Shown: positions 29,220 to 38,879, numbered from the stretch's first letter. The stretch: DNA of 64,000 nucleotides from an uncultured Planctomycetales bacterium (GCA_964603585.1 CAZRVK010000002.1:179513-243512), one strand, 5' to 3'. Translations and numbers: made by a program. The notes: a model not told the origin generated them from the sequence alone.

Positions 29220-30041
29220 TTATACGATCTCTATTTCTAAAATATTGTCGATACGAAAAGTTCTCTCATCATTCTTCAGGGAACAAAACCCCACTAAATA
29301 ATTGTGCTGATTCTCCCGGCGGATCACTTTTGGTTTTACTTCCCTTAAGGTAACCTCTGCCGTGGATGAAGATAAATACCGGATTTTAAGACCAGCACCC
29401 AGATCAATTGCTTCTTGGATTTGAAACAACTTTTGGGCCAATTCGCCACCTAAAAAATGCTTATTCACGGAAAACAAACTGGCGTAATGTCGGTAATCCA
29501 TAACGCCTTGGGATTTTAATTTATTTTTTAGCTTCTGAAATACCGCAAAGGTGAGCTCCACGTCAGAAAAAGCCCGATGCTCCTGTTTACATTTTATTCC
29601 CAGATGTTCGGCTACAAACCAAAGGGCATACCGATCCAATCCCGGCAACAACCTTCTGGCCATTTTCAGGACATCCAAAACCATTATCGTTTTATCCAGA
29701 TCCTGATTGAGCAGTCTCAATTCATTCTGCAAAAACTCCAGATCAAACCCGGCGTTATACGAACACAAACAGCTGCCTTTAATGAACTCCATAAACTCTG
29801 CAGCCACTTTTCTCATCCCGGGTGCGTTTTTTAGCATTTCCTGGGATATCTGGTTAACCTTAAACGCTCCAGGAGATACCTCTCTGTCCGGATTGACCAA
29901 TGTCTGGAAGGTATTGATCAAAGAAACGCCTTTAAACCGCATCCCGGCGATCTCTACGATCCGGTCTCCGGCTTGCGGTGAAAGCCCGGTGGTTTCGGTA
30001 TCGAAGATCGTCAATTCTATTTCATCGATTTCCTTGTTCAT
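29220..30041 (-). CDS. DnaQ-like DEDDh 3'-5' exonuclease fused to a C-terminal WYL domain
   Basis: Exo I IFDTETTGL, Exo II YNAGFDLEFL, Exo III EHRAFSDVELT. The C-terminal ~100 aa contain YLVGFCSLKNDERTFRIDNI (WYL / R.FR.D(R/N)I signature). Confidence 0.6.
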   Translation of the reverse strand: MNKEIDEIELTIFDTETTGLSPQAGDRIVEIAGMRFKGVSLINTFQTLVNPDREVSPGAFKVNQISQEMLKNAPGMRKVAAEFMEFIKGSCLCSYNAGFDLEFLQNELRLLNQDLDKTIMVLDVLKMARRLLPGLDRYALWFVAEHLGIKCKQEHRAFSDVELTFAVFQKLKNKLKSQGVMDYRHYASLFSVNKHFLGGELAQKLFQIQEAIDLGAGLKIRYLSSSTAEVTLREVKPKVIRRENQHNYLVGFCSLKNDERTFRIDNILEIEIV

Positions 30042-30177
30042 ATCAGCAATGTTTTCCTCTTAATAATGCCATTAAGAGTAATCGTGCCGCCGAAGTGGCA
30101 AGCGGCGACGCAGTCTCAAAAACAAGATTACTCCGCCCTTAGGGGCTCGCAATTACTGTTAAGACGGTCCCGGGAGG

Positions 30178-31068
30178 TTATTTTTTAACGATATACGCCG
30201 GAATCAGTTTTACCGGATGATAAGATAATTTTACCTGCTTTAAATTCTCCAGTCCGGAATCATCCATAACATTTATATATTTATACCCTTTAAGCTCGGA
30301 GCAAAAGGCCTGAAAAATAAACTGCGCCAGCCCTTTAATACTTAAATCGGTAATTTCATAGAGTATGCAGAAAGTATCTGCATTTATAGGGTACCCGAAT
30401 GTAAACCCCTTTATTCGTCCGGACACCTCAACAACCCTGCCGATACAATCCAGTCTTTCATACCGGTCCAGCATAATCCCAAAAGCATTTTGGCTATCAT
30501 CGATCAAGCCTTGATATACCGGATCATCGCTTTTAGGCAAACGCTGCTTTGCCCAGAGGCCAAAAAGGTCCCGGCATGCAGCGTCATCATTTTTTACAAA
30601 AGGCTTGAACTTATATGCATAGTGTTTGCAAAAATAATTACGGCTGGCGCGCTTGGATTTAAAAGCGTTGCCTTTTAGCCGTACCAAATCCGTCCGCAAG
30701 CAAATATAATCCGATGATTTTGGGAATGATTTATATCCTAACCTATGATAAAGATCCAGATCTTTTTTTTCAAGATTCTCGATGCGTGAGACTTCCGGAT
30801 TGGGATTCAAATCATTCATTAATGCAAAAACCTTAACGATTGTTTCTTCTGTTATCCTTACCCCTAAGGGGGGCAGATACAGAAAAATCCCCATTTTATC
30901 CCTAAAGAAAACACAAAGACAGTCCTTGTCTATCGTCCAGTTTACTTCAAATAATCCCTTCCAGATATAAATATTAGCAAAGGCATAAACCGATAACTCG
31001 CGGCATGATATATTCAAGTATCGCTGAAAGATCTTACGGTCAGCAATAGATAGTTTCTTTAGTTTCAT
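30178..31068 (-). CDS. DUF2156-family protein (MprF C-terminal aminoacyl-tRNA-dependent transferase-like domain)
   Basis: 296 aa, soluble. Resembles standalone homologues of the lysyl-phosphatidylglycerol synthase C-domain (GNAT-like tandem fold). Moderate certainty. Confidence 0.45.
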   Translation of the reverse strand: MKLKKLSIADRKIFQRYLNISCRELSVYAFANIYIWKGLFEVNWTIDKDCLCVFFRDKMGIFLYLPPLGVRITEETIVKVFALMNDLNPNPEVSRIENLEKKDLDLYHRLGYKSFPKSSDYICLRTDLVRLKGNAFKSKRASRNYFCKHYAYKFKPFVKNDDAACRDLFGLWAKQRLPKSDDPVYQGLIDDSQNAFGIMLDRYERLDCIGRVVEVSGRIKGFTFGYPINADTFCILYEITDLSIKGLAQFIFQAFCSELKGYKYINVMDDSGLENLKQVKLSYHPVKLIPAYIVKK

Positions 31069-31071
31069 GCA

Positions 31072-31563
31072 TTAAATCTTTAATTCCATGATATCCAGGA
31101 CTTCTTCATATGCCTGAATAATGTGTGGATTGTCTTTTAATATGCTTAACTGTGCCGGTGAATTCAGGCAAGCACTTAAATATTCGACATACTCTTTAAA
31201 CTCTTTATCTTTTATCTTTTTTTGTATATATGGACAGTTTAAGTCTACGGTAAGAATGACCTTCTTATTGCGCATACCGATAAGGAATGGATAAAGCTGG
31301 CATTCAAAGGGGCGCCGGGCATAAATCTTACACTTATTATCCTGTAAACTCAAAAGAGGGCAAAGGAAACCTTCTTGCGAAGGATCTTTGACCAGTCCAA
31401 TCCGTTTGTCTAACGAGATCGTGACTGACGCCAAATCATTATCCAGTAATCCCTGGATCTCCTCATCCAGAAGACAAGGGGACCAGAGGGAATTCTCTTC
31501 TTTAAACCGGCAACATCCCCGGCATTCCAGGCAAACTTCCTGCGGAACAAACTGTTTTATCAT
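31072..31563 (-). CDS. YkgJ-family zinc/iron-chelating (CxxCxxCC) protein
   Basis: N-terminal CLECRGCC motif plus further C..C pairs, as in UPF0153/YkgJ. 163 aa. Confidence 0.65.
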   Translation of the reverse strand: MIKQFVPQEVCLECRGCCRFKEENSLWSPCLLDEEIQGLLDNDLASVTISLDKRIGLVKDPSQEGFLCPLLSLQDNKCKIYARRPFECQLYPFLIGMRNKKVILTVDLNCPYIQKKIKDKEFKEYVEYLSACLNSPAQLSILKDNPHIIQAYEEVLDIMELKI

Positions 31564-31880
31564 TTAACCGTACTTCCTAATTTAATTTGTTTTACTGGGC
31601 TAACTATGGCAAGCCCAGTATCATCAGAAGCCGCCAAAAGCATACCCTGGCTTTCCACTCCTCGCAGCACTGCCGGTTCTAAATTATCCACCACTATTAC
31701 TTGTTTACCGATCAAATCTTCTTTAGAATAAGCGCCTCTTATACCGGCCACGATCTGCTTGATTCTATCACCCAGATCAACCTTAATAACATACAGCCGA
31801 TCTGCATTGGGATGTTCCGTAACTTCTTTTATTTCAGCAACTTTAAGCTCTATTTTCCTAAAATCATCGATGGTAATCAT
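31560..31880 (-). CDS. CsaA/EMAP-like tRNA-binding domain protein
   Basis: FRKIELKVAEI..EHPNADRLYVIKVDLG..QIVAGI...LIGKQVIVVDNLEP..LRGVESQGMLLA matches the OB-fold tRNA-binding domain of CsaA / MetRS C-terminus. Stop overlaps the YkgJ start (ATGA). Confidence 0.8.
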   Translation of the reverse strand: MITIDDFRKIELKVAEIKEVTEHPNADRLYVIKVDLGDRIKQIVAGIRGAYSKEDLIGKQVIVVDNLEPAVLRGVESQGMLLAASDDTGLAIVSPVKQIKLGSTVK

Positions 31881-32211
31881 TACAAATGCCTCCTTTTAAT
31901 ATACGCTAATTTTACCATGCCCCGTCTTAAAAAACAAGGCAAAAAACAGGGAATGGTCTTCCTCCGCCAGAGAATAAATGTGTCACTCCTGCCAATTCCC
32001 ACATTCAAGCCTAAAAAAGAATTTTGTTTTGAAACAACAGAATTCCAGTTTAACAAGCCCTAATCTAAAAACCTTAACGATATATTTGTTCTTTCCCGGA
32101 GTGTTTTTACCGATCATGGCTGTCATTTTCTCCCTCTGGCATAATTGAAAGGCCTTCTGCTTATTAAACGCATAGGCCGGAAAAAAGTTTCATAATTTTA
32201 GCCGGGACAAG

Positions 32212-32245
32212 AAACAAAAAAGCACTCCGTAAAGAGTGCTTTTAA
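32212..32245 (-). terminator. rho-independent terminator downstream of tRNA-Asp
   Basis: Minus-strand GCACUC-UUUACG-GAGUGC hairpin followed by UUUUUUGUUUCUUG. Confidence 0.6.
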
Positions 32246-32263
32246 AATACCGCATAATATAAA

Positions 32264-32339
32264 CGGGGCCGACGAGATTTGAACTCGCGATCTTCGCCGT
32301 GACAGGGCGACGTGTTAAACCAGACTACACTACGACCCC
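32264..32339 (-). tRNA. tRNA-Asp (anticodon GUC)
   Basis: Reverse complement GGGGTCGTAGTGTAGTCTGGTTTAACACGTCGCCCTGTCACGGCGAAGATCGCGAGTTCAAATCTCGTCGGCCCCG folds as a cloverleaf: 7-bp acceptor, anticodon loop CTGTCAC, T-arm GTTCAAATC. Confidence 0.85.
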
Positions 32340-32346
32340 AGGACTA

Positions 32347-32384
32347 CAGATTCAAGATTAAAGGACCAAGACTCAAGAATGAAG
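32347..32384 (+). repeat. heptamer tandem array CAGATT-CAAGATT-AAAG... (left arm of an inverted pair)
   Basis: Plus strand reads CAGATTCAAGATTAAAGGACCAAGACTCAAGAATGAAG. It is the inverted counterpart of the array at 32756-32820 and overlaps the stop of the four-helix-bundle gene. Confidence 0.7.
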
Positions 32385-32735
32385 TGATTTAATTATTGTA
32401 CACAAAATTTTAATAACTTCAATGTTTTCTTTTTCTATTCCGAGCAAATCCGACTTATCAAAACAAATCACTTTTGAATCTTTTAATATCTGCAACCAAT
32501 TGTCAAACTCATAACTTGAGTTTAACGCGATCTGAAAATATGTTTCTTTTTGTTTCGCGTTATGAGAATCGTTACCTTCTGCGACATTGGCCCCTACCGA
32601 AGTAGCTGCGCCGAAACATTGATCAATAATTCTCGAATATTTTGGATTGCTTTTATCCAGTAAATTTATGATTAAAAGCGCATTTTTATGTGCCTTTTGC
32701 CAAACGATAAGTCTTCTATAACTCGGCTCACCCAT
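32373..32735 (-). CDS. four-helix-bundle protein ('23S rRNA intervening-sequence protein' family)
   Basis: LIVWQKAHKNALLIINLL ... QCFGAATSVGANVAEGNDSHNAKQKETYFQIALNSSYEFDNWLQILKD matches the TIGR02436/PF05635 pattern (VWQ..., NIAEG). Confidence 0.8.
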   Translation of the reverse strand: MGEPSYRRLIVWQKAHKNALLIINLLDKSNPKYSRIIDQCFGAATSVGANVAEGNDSHNAKQKETYFQIALNSSYEFDNWLQILKDSKVICFDKSDLLGIEKENIEVIKILCTIIKSLHS

Positions 32736-32755
32736 ACCGCCTAAAATCGCAGGTC

Positions 32756-32820
32756 TTGCCCTCTGAATCTTGGATCTTTGATCTCGAATCTTGAATCTTT
32801 AATCTTGAATCTTGAATCTG
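32756..32820 (-). repeat. heptamer tandem array (CAAGATT)n, ~8 units, immediately 3' of tRNA-Val
   Basis: Minus strand reads CAGATT CAAGATT CAAGATT AAAGATT CAAGATT CGAGATC AAAGATC CAAGATT CAGAGG, starting 6 nt after the tRNA-Val discriminator. Confidence 0.8.
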
Positions 32821-32826
32821 CATTTA

Positions 32827-32900
32827 TGGGCGGTAGAGGACTCGGACCCCTGACCTTCTCTGTGTAAGAGAGACGTTCTAACCAGCTGAACTAACCGCCC
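32827..32900 (-). tRNA. tRNA-Val (anticodon UAC)
   Basis: Reverse complement GGGCGGTTAGTTCAGCTGGTTAGAACGTCTCTCTTACACAGAGAAGGTCAGGGGTCCGAGTCCTCTACCGCCCA. Perfect 7-bp acceptor, anticodon loop CTTACAC. Confidence 0.85.
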
Positions 32901-32932
32901 TGCGATCTAACTTCCGGATTCAAAAGATAAAT

Positions 32933-33382
32933 TTACAGTTTGCCTAAGGTGCCTAAGGTAAAAGCCATGACAAATAAAGCTACGGTTTCGATAACACCCA
33001 AAACAACGATATAACTACCAAATCCCTTTCCGGTCTCTCCCATCGCATCACAAGCACTTGCCGCGGCCTTACCCTGCCAATAAGCAGAAAGCCCGATAGC
33101 CAATCCGGCAAACAGGCCGATACTCCACAAATATATACCTTTATTTACCATTTCGAGGATTTTATTCATTACGATCATCCCATACACTGTTTGAGTAAGC
33201 GGAGCGCCAACAAATGCGACCAGCATAAACGATGCCGGCTTGTTTTGAGAAAGATTCTTTTTCCAGGCGCCAATCGCGCTCATTCCGGCAATACCTGATC
33301 CTAAAGCCGAACCACACGCCGAAAGGGCTAAAGCCATAATTGCCCCTAAATCCTTAAATTGCCCCATTAACCCGTTATCCAT
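32933..33382 (-). CDS. atpK: V-type ATPase subunit K (proteolipid c-ring subunit)
   Basis: 149 aa, four hydrophobic helices, Gly/Ala-rich. Last gene of the V-ATPase operon. Confidence 0.75.
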   Translation of the reverse strand: MDNGLMGQFKDLGAIMALALSACGSALGSGIAGMSAIGAWKKNLSQNKPASFMLVAFVGAPLTQTVYGMIVMNKILEMVNKGIYLWSIGLFAGLAIGLSAYWQGKAAASACDAMGETGKGFGSYIVVLGVIETVALFVMAFTLGTLGKL

Positions 33383-33404
33383 AAAACCCCTCCCTTATAA
33401 TGCC

Positions 33405-35174
33405 CTAATCTTCTTTAAACGGTTTATATTCTAAGCCGCTCCAAGTCACATTAGCATGCCCGGAAAACTCCAGCACATTGAGCCTGACCCCATGCACTAA
33501 AACCGACATCGGACCAAGAACAATATTTAAAGCATGCCCGGCTAAAAGAATTACTGCGCTCAATAAAAGCGCAATAAAATTAGCCTGTCCGACAGATCCC
33601 GCCATCGCATTAAATGTGTCTGCGATAGCAACCCCGGCCAAACCCACAGCAAAAAGGCGGACATAAGAAACCACGTCGGTGAAATTATTCATCAGGTTTA
33701 AAAGCAACGTCCCTATCCCTGCGCCAACCGCCTTAAACAGATTCCTTTGGGGGTTAGTAAAAAATACCACTAAGATAACTCCGAGAATTATCAAATAATT
33801 GCCAAAACTCGGGAAATTATCACCTAAGATCAAGGTTTTAGCCAATAAAAATGCTGTCCAGAGAACACAAACCCAACCTAAATCCGCTAATGCAGATAAA
33901 GATGGGATTTTTAAAACCGCTCTCCAGGCATGTGCAATAGTAAGATGTATCGCCCCCAACGAAAAGCAAAAAGCTTGCAAAGCCTTACTATCGCTTAAAG
34001 CCGGAAGCAAAGGCTTATAAATCCCGGCTAACCATGCCTGGCCAAAAAATGTCCCGGTCAAAAGCCCCCATATAATAGCGCAAAAACTTAATATGTAAAA
34101 GAGAAAAAATGGTGATTTATCCGCTGCTCTTTTCCCAGACTTAATATATGCCCAAAAGGTCAGCAATAAATAAATCAGGCCATACCCGGCGTCTCCAATA
34201 AGCATACCGAAGAAAATACTGAAAAAGAAAAGAAATGGTAAGCTGATATCCAATTCGTGATAGCCCGGGATAATCTCTAATAATTTAAAAACCGGCTTGA
34301 TCAAAGAAACCCACCCGGGATTACGGATTAAAGTAGGAACGTTATCATCTTGCCGGGGATCATTGACCATTAACCCCCATTTTCTTTCTTTTGCCCAGAG
34401 AATTAACCTATCCAAGGCATCAACCGGGATAAATCCAGACAAGTAAGAGATCTTTTCGCTTTTACCCAGTCCATTCAAAACCCCGAGGAATTCTATTTCT
34501 TTCTCCAAATGCCGTTTTTTTTCCACAAAGTCATCGGCGTAACGAGTGGATCTGATGATTTCCTGTTTGATTGACTCCATTGTCTTCTGGTCCTCCAGGA
34601 GTTTGCTGTGCATCTGGCTTAATCCCTGTTTAGGGGGAATAATCTCTTTTAAATTACATTCGAATTCGCCCTGAAAGAAAACCGTGCAAAAAACTGTATT
34701 GCCTTGTGCAAAAATCTCTTTTACGACCGCACCGGAAGGGAAATTCTTTAATTCTTTCCGAGGCACCTGAAAAAATCTTACAGAAATACCTTTTTGCTTT
34801 AAATGGCGGATCTCTGCCGGATCAAAATCCCCCCAAGGGCACCAAACGCTGATTTGATAGCGCATATTGTTAGAATATACATCCAATTGATCATAACGTT
34901 TCCAAAGGTCGTTTATATGCCGGGCGCAAAACATCCAATCTCCGGGAACCTTAGCCGCAGGGATATTTAGTTCTGTCAATCCCTTAGCCCAGTTGAGGAT
35001 CCCTAGGACTGTATTTACTGCAGATAGCTCTTCTTGCAGGACAGCGGTTTCTTTGCCATGCGGGGATAAGTCACGTTGGATATGCATAACCCCCAATTTA
35101 GCCAAATCCCTGACAGCCGTAGAGGCATCTTTATCCTGAATAATGATTGTGGCTTTTTTCATCTGCACAATCAT
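33405..35174 (-). CDS. atpI: V-type ATPase subunit I (a-subunit)
   Basis: 589 aa, hydrophilic N-terminal half plus polytopic C-terminal half. Placed between D and K. Confidence 0.75.
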   Translation of the reverse strand: MIVQMKKATIIIQDKDASTAVRDLAKLGVMHIQRDLSPHGKETAVLQEELSAVNTVLGILNWAKGLTELNIPAAKVPGDWMFCARHINDLWKRYDQLDVYSNNMRYQISVWCPWGDFDPAEIRHLKQKGISVRFFQVPRKELKNFPSGAVVKEIFAQGNTVFCTVFFQGEFECNLKEIIPPKQGLSQMHSKLLEDQKTMESIKQEIIRSTRYADDFVEKKRHLEKEIEFLGVLNGLGKSEKISYLSGFIPVDALDRLILWAKERKWGLMVNDPRQDDNVPTLIRNPGWVSLIKPVFKLLEIIPGYHELDISLPFLFFFSIFFGMLIGDAGYGLIYLLLTFWAYIKSGKRAADKSPFFLFYILSFCAIIWGLLTGTFFGQAWLAGIYKPLLPALSDSKALQAFCFSLGAIHLTIAHAWRAVLKIPSLSALADLGWVCVLWTAFLLAKTLILGDNFPSFGNYLIILGVILVVFFTNPQRNLFKAVGAGIGTLLLNLMNNFTDVVSYVRLFAVGLAGVAIADTFNAMAGSVGQANFIALLLSAVILLAGHALNIVLGPMSVLVHGVRLNVLEFSGHANVTWSGLEYKPFKED

Positions 35175-35848
35175 AACATTACCTCCTCTAAAGCACTGGT
35201 TTCAATCTTACTTTTTGCCATTTTACTGCGGCCGACGGCATTGGCCATCTGGTCGCCGATATAGATCTTGATCACCCTGATCGTTTCTTCCGTGGCCGGG
35301 ATCTTGACTTTCTCAAAAAGATTGACTCTTTGCGACGTAACCCTTAACTCCCGTTTTAAGACCGCTATACCCTTTTCGATCACCTTTATCTCTTCCTGCA
35401 AGGAAACTAACCCCCGTAACTGATCGATCGCCGCATCCATCCATAAGGGAACAAGGAACAGGTCATATTCGACAGGCGTAAAATCTAACTGATGAAAAAC
35501 CGGAATATCCACGCCGGCAACATTCTTTACTCCGGAAATGACCTTGCTCGGATTAAGCCATGGCTTGAAATTTATCCCTGGCTCCGCCAACAACCCAGCC
35601 CAGGCCTGCGCCAAAACCTTTTTACCCTCCAGAGTTTTTTTCTGTTCGCTTAAAAGATTATACTGCCCAAGGATCTCTAACTGTAATTGTTGTTTTTTAA
35701 GCTGTAAAGTCGGCAGATACCGTGAATACTGCTTAAGTGCATCCCTCTGCTTCTTAAGTTCTCCCTTGGTTAATTTTACTTTCACACCTTGCCCCTTACC
35801 TCTGCATAGCTGGCTTTGTATACAGACATCCTCTATCCCTTGGGCCAA
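35171..35848 (-). CDS. atpD: V-type ATPase subunit D
   Basis: 225 aa, highly charged coiled-coil protein following subunit B, overlapping stop/start. Confidence 0.75.
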   Translation of the reverse strand: MAQGIEDVCIQSQLCRGKGQGVKVKLTKGELKKQRDALKQYSRYLPTLQLKKQQLQLEILGQYNLLSEQKKTLEGKKVLAQAWAGLLAEPGINFKPWLNPSKVISGVKNVAGVDIPVFHQLDFTPVEYDLFLVPLWMDAAIDQLRGLVSLQEEIKVIEKGIAVLKRELRVTSQRVNLFEKVKIPATEETIRVIKIYIGDQMANAVGRSKMAKSKIETSALEEVML

Positions 35849-37128
35849 TATTTTTCAACTAATGACTTTTTGATCCCGGTCTCTTGGGGAGAAAAACATT
35901 CCCACATCATCTGCCAGCCTAAATCCAAGGCCTTCTCCAGAGGAATATTTACTTTTAACGACATCATTTTTTCCTCAAAAATCTTTCCATAGCGCAAAAG
36001 TTTCATATCCCAGGCGCTCATCTGGAAACCCATAGCTTGCTTCTCCAGGGTTTCACGATAGCTGGCAAAAAGCTGGATCATTGTATCCATGATCGTACGA
36101 TGGTCATCGCGTGTATTGCCGTTGACCTGTTGTTTCAACCGGCTCAATGATCCAAAAGGTTCGATCACAGAATTCTTCAAATAAAACTGGCCTTCTGTAA
36201 TATAACCGGTGTTATCCGGGACCGGGTGGGTCACATCATCACCCGGCATAGTAGTTACCGCTAATATCGTAATTGACCCCGCCCCGTCAAAATCAATGGC
36301 CTTCTCATACCGTGCCGCCAGCTGGCTGTAAAGATCCCCCGGATAACCACGATTGGAAGGGATCTGTTCCATAGTGATAGCGATTTCTTTCAGGGAATCG
36401 CAGAAATTAGTCATATCGGTTAGCAATACTAAAACCCGTTTCCCTTGCAAAGCAAAATTTTCCGCTACCGCCAAACTGATATCCGGGACCAAAAGGCACT
36501 CTACCGTAGGATCGGAAGCGGTGTGCACAAACATGATCGATCTGGAAAGCGCACCATGTTCTTCAAGGGTGTCCCGAAAAAACAAGTAATCGTCATGTTT
36601 TAAACCCATCCCCCCTAAAATAATGATATCGACTTCCGCCTGTGTCGCAATCCTTGCTAAAAGTTCATTGTACGGCTCGCCGGCGATGGAAAAAATCGGC
36701 AATTTTTGCGATTCCACCAATGAATTGAAGATATCGATCATCGGGATCCCGGTACGGATCATCTTATCCGGAATAACCCTTTTAACCGGATTAGCTGATG
36801 GTCCTCCAATATCAATCATGTTTTCCGTCAATTCCGGGGCGTGATCCAAAGCCATCCCGCTTCCATTAAAGATCCTCCCCAAAAGATTAACCCCGCTGGA
36901 AATTTTCATCGAGTGCCCTAAAAACCTAACCTTGTCCCCCGTAGAAACCCCACGGCTGCCGGCAAAAACCTGTAAGAACACTTTTTTGCCATCCAGCCGG
37001 ATCACCTGCGCCAAAGAAACTCCCCGCAAGGTAGAAACCTGCGCAATTTCAGAATAACCGACACCCTCGGCTTCTACGGTAATCACATCGCCGGCGATCT
37101 GGATAATGTTCGTGTATGTTTTTTGCAC
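35833..37128 (-). CDS. atpB: V-type ATPase subunit B
   Basis: 431 aa. Non-catalytic nucleotide-binding subunit fold (..SIAGEPYNE.., ..[22 protein letters not shown]..). Confidence 0.9.
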   Translation of the reverse strand: MQKTYTNIIQIAGDVITVEAEGVGYSEIAQVSTLRGVSLAQVIRLDGKKVFLQVFAGSRGVSTGDKVRFLGHSMKISSGVNLLGRIFNGSGMALDHAPELTENMIDIGGPSANPVKRVIPDKMIRTGIPMIDIFNSLVESQKLPIFSIAGEPYNELLARIATQAEVDIIILGGMGLKHDDYLFFRDTLEEHGALSRSIMFVHTASDPTVECLLVPDISLAVAENFALQGKRVLVLLTDMTNFCDSLKEIAITMEQIPSNRGYPGDLYSQLAARYEKAIDFDGAGSITILAVTTMPGDDVTHPVPDNTGYITEGQFYLKNSVIEPFGSLSRLKQQVNGNTRDDHRTIMDTMIQLFASYRETLEKQAMGFQMSAWDMKLLRYGKIFEEKMMSLKVNIPLEKALDLGWQMMWECFSPQETGIKKSLVEKYWPKG

Positions 37129-37129
37129 T

Positions 37130-38866
37130 TTAGCCCTTCCTTATTTTTTCTTTTACAATGCCATTAATTTCTTCTTCTATTGTCTTGAATTCATCGGTTT
37201 GCCAAGAGGCCGAGTTCCATCCCCTAAACAACTGCCTTAGCTTTTGAAAGAAACCCAAGGCGTCCTCTTTGGAAACAAACGAAAATTGCCCCAGTAAAAT
37301 CTGTTGAATAAAACCAAAAATATAAATCTGGCGATCCCGCGGAGTAAACTCATCTACCGGGTCAAAGGCATTTTGCTGCAGATAAACAAAATCCAGGAAT
37401 TCCCCCTTTAGATAATCGATATAATCTGACAACGATGTCCCCTCTTCTCCAATAACTTTCATCATCTGTGATACCTCATGGCTTTTACGTAAAAAACCGT
37501 GTGCGATTTCCATTTGTTTTGCATCAATAAAACTTTTATATTTGCTCCAACTGATCAGAGGATCGATTGCCGGATACCTCCTGGCATCCGACCGCTCCCG
37601 AGAAAGGCCATGAAACGCGCCGACAACTTTTAAAGTAGCCTGGGTCACCGGTTCTTCGAAATTCCCACCGGCAGGACTAACTGTCCCGCCAATCGTAACG
37701 GACCCGATACCGCCATCATAAAGCCTGACCACCCCGGCTCTTTCATAAAATGAGGCGATCCGTGACTCCAGATACGCCGGAAATGCCTCTTCTCCGGGGA
37801 TCTCTTCCAATCTGCCGGACATCTCACGCATCGCTTGCGCCCAACGTGAAGTAGAATCTGCCAGCAATAAAACATTTAACCCCATCTGCCGGTAATATTC
37901 AGCAATGGTCACTGCAGTATAAACACTTGATTCACGGGAAGCTACAGGCATGGAACTGGTATTGCAGATAATAACCGTGCGATCGCTCAAAGGTTTACCC
38001 GTCCTGGGGTCATGCAGTTTGGGAAAAGTTTTCAAAGTTTCTACAACCTCGCCGGCACGTTCCCCACAGGCAGCAATAATAACTATATCCACCTCGGCAT
38101 GCCGGCTGGTCAATTGCTGTAAGACAGTCTTACCGGCGCCAAACGGCCCGGGGATACAATAGGTCCCTCCCAGAGAGACCGGGAACAGAGAATCAATCAA
38201 ACGTATCTTTGTCACCAGAGGCTCGCTGGGCTTTAATTTCTCCGCATAGGCCTGAATAGGGATTTTTACCGGCCACATCTGGCTTAAAAATACGGGATAA
38301 ACCTTCCCTGAAGGATCCTTTATTTGTGCCACCGCTTGTTTTAAATTAAATTTGTCTTTGCCGACAATCTCTGCTACCTCAAAAACCCCCTGCAAATGAA
38401 AAGGGACCATTACGTAATGCTTAAAGATCTTTTCCTGTACGAAACCGATTTTTTGTCCGGGGCGCAATTTATCCCCGATTTTAACCTGCGGAGAAAATTC
38501 CCAGGACTGGTTATCAGATAGGGCCTTGAGATAAACCCCTCGCTGCAGGAAAAATCCCGACTTTTCTGCAAGCAGCGGAAGAGGATTTTGTAGACCATCA
38601 AATATCTGTCCCAACAGTCCCGGACCAAGTTCAACGGATAAAAGTTCAAGGCTAAATTCCACCTCATCCCCGACCTTTAACCCTCCGGTAGATTCATAAA
38701 CCTGCATTTCAGCAAAATTCCCTCTAACACGGATGATCTCTGACTTCAGCCGCTCTTGGCCATGGATAATATAAGCGACTTCATTCTGCATTACTGTAGC
38801 ATTAAATTTGACTGTAACCATATTGCCGTTGATCTTTACAATATTGCCAAGCCGTGTTTGCGTCAT
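37130..38866 (-). CDS. atpA: V-type ATPase catalytic subunit A
   Basis: 578 aa. P-loop GPFGAGKTV and the bulge domain typical of A subunits. Confidence 0.9.
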   Translation of the reverse strand: MTQTRLGNIVKINGNMVTVKFNATVMQNEVAYIIHGQERLKSEIIRVRGNFAEMQVYESTGGLKVGDEVEFSLELLSVELGPGLLGQIFDGLQNPLPLLAEKSGFFLQRGVYLKALSDNQSWEFSPQVKIGDKLRPGQKIGFVQEKIFKHYVMVPFHLQGVFEVAEIVGKDKFNLKQAVAQIKDPSGKVYPVFLSQMWPVKIPIQAYAEKLKPSEPLVTKIRLIDSLFPVSLGGTYCIPGPFGAGKTVLQQLTSRHAEVDIVIIAACGERAGEVVETLKTFPKLHDPRTGKPLSDRTVIICNTSSMPVASRESSVYTAVTIAEYYRQMGLNVLLLADSTSRWAQAMREMSGRLEEIPGEEAFPAYLESRIASFYERAGVVRLYDGGIGSVTIGGTVSPAGGNFEEPVTQATLKVVGAFHGLSRERSDARRYPAIDPLISWSKYKSFIDAKQMEIAHGFLRKSHEVSQMMKVIGEEGTSLSDYIDYLKGEFLDFVYLQQNAFDPVDEFTPRDRQIYIFGFIQQILLGQFSFVSKEDALGFFQKLRQLFRGWNSASWQTDEFKTIEEEINGIVKEKIRKG

Positions 38867-38879
38867 CTAATCTCCATTA

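Noticed and set aside
32064-32211. Possible small ORF (47 aa) or sRNA between the CsaA operon promoter region and the tRNA-Asp terminator
   Set aside because: It has no RBS, no conserved motif and is low-complexity, and it cannot be supported from sequence alone. Only an extended -10-like TGGTAAAAT upstream of the CsaA RBS (AAGGAGG) was noted, with low confidence.
32756-32820. Possible CRISPR array (short tandem repeats near tRNAs)
   Set aside because: The repeat unit is only 7 nt and is head-to-tail with no spacers, and there are no cas genes. It is a microsatellite-like heptamer array, not a CRISPR array.
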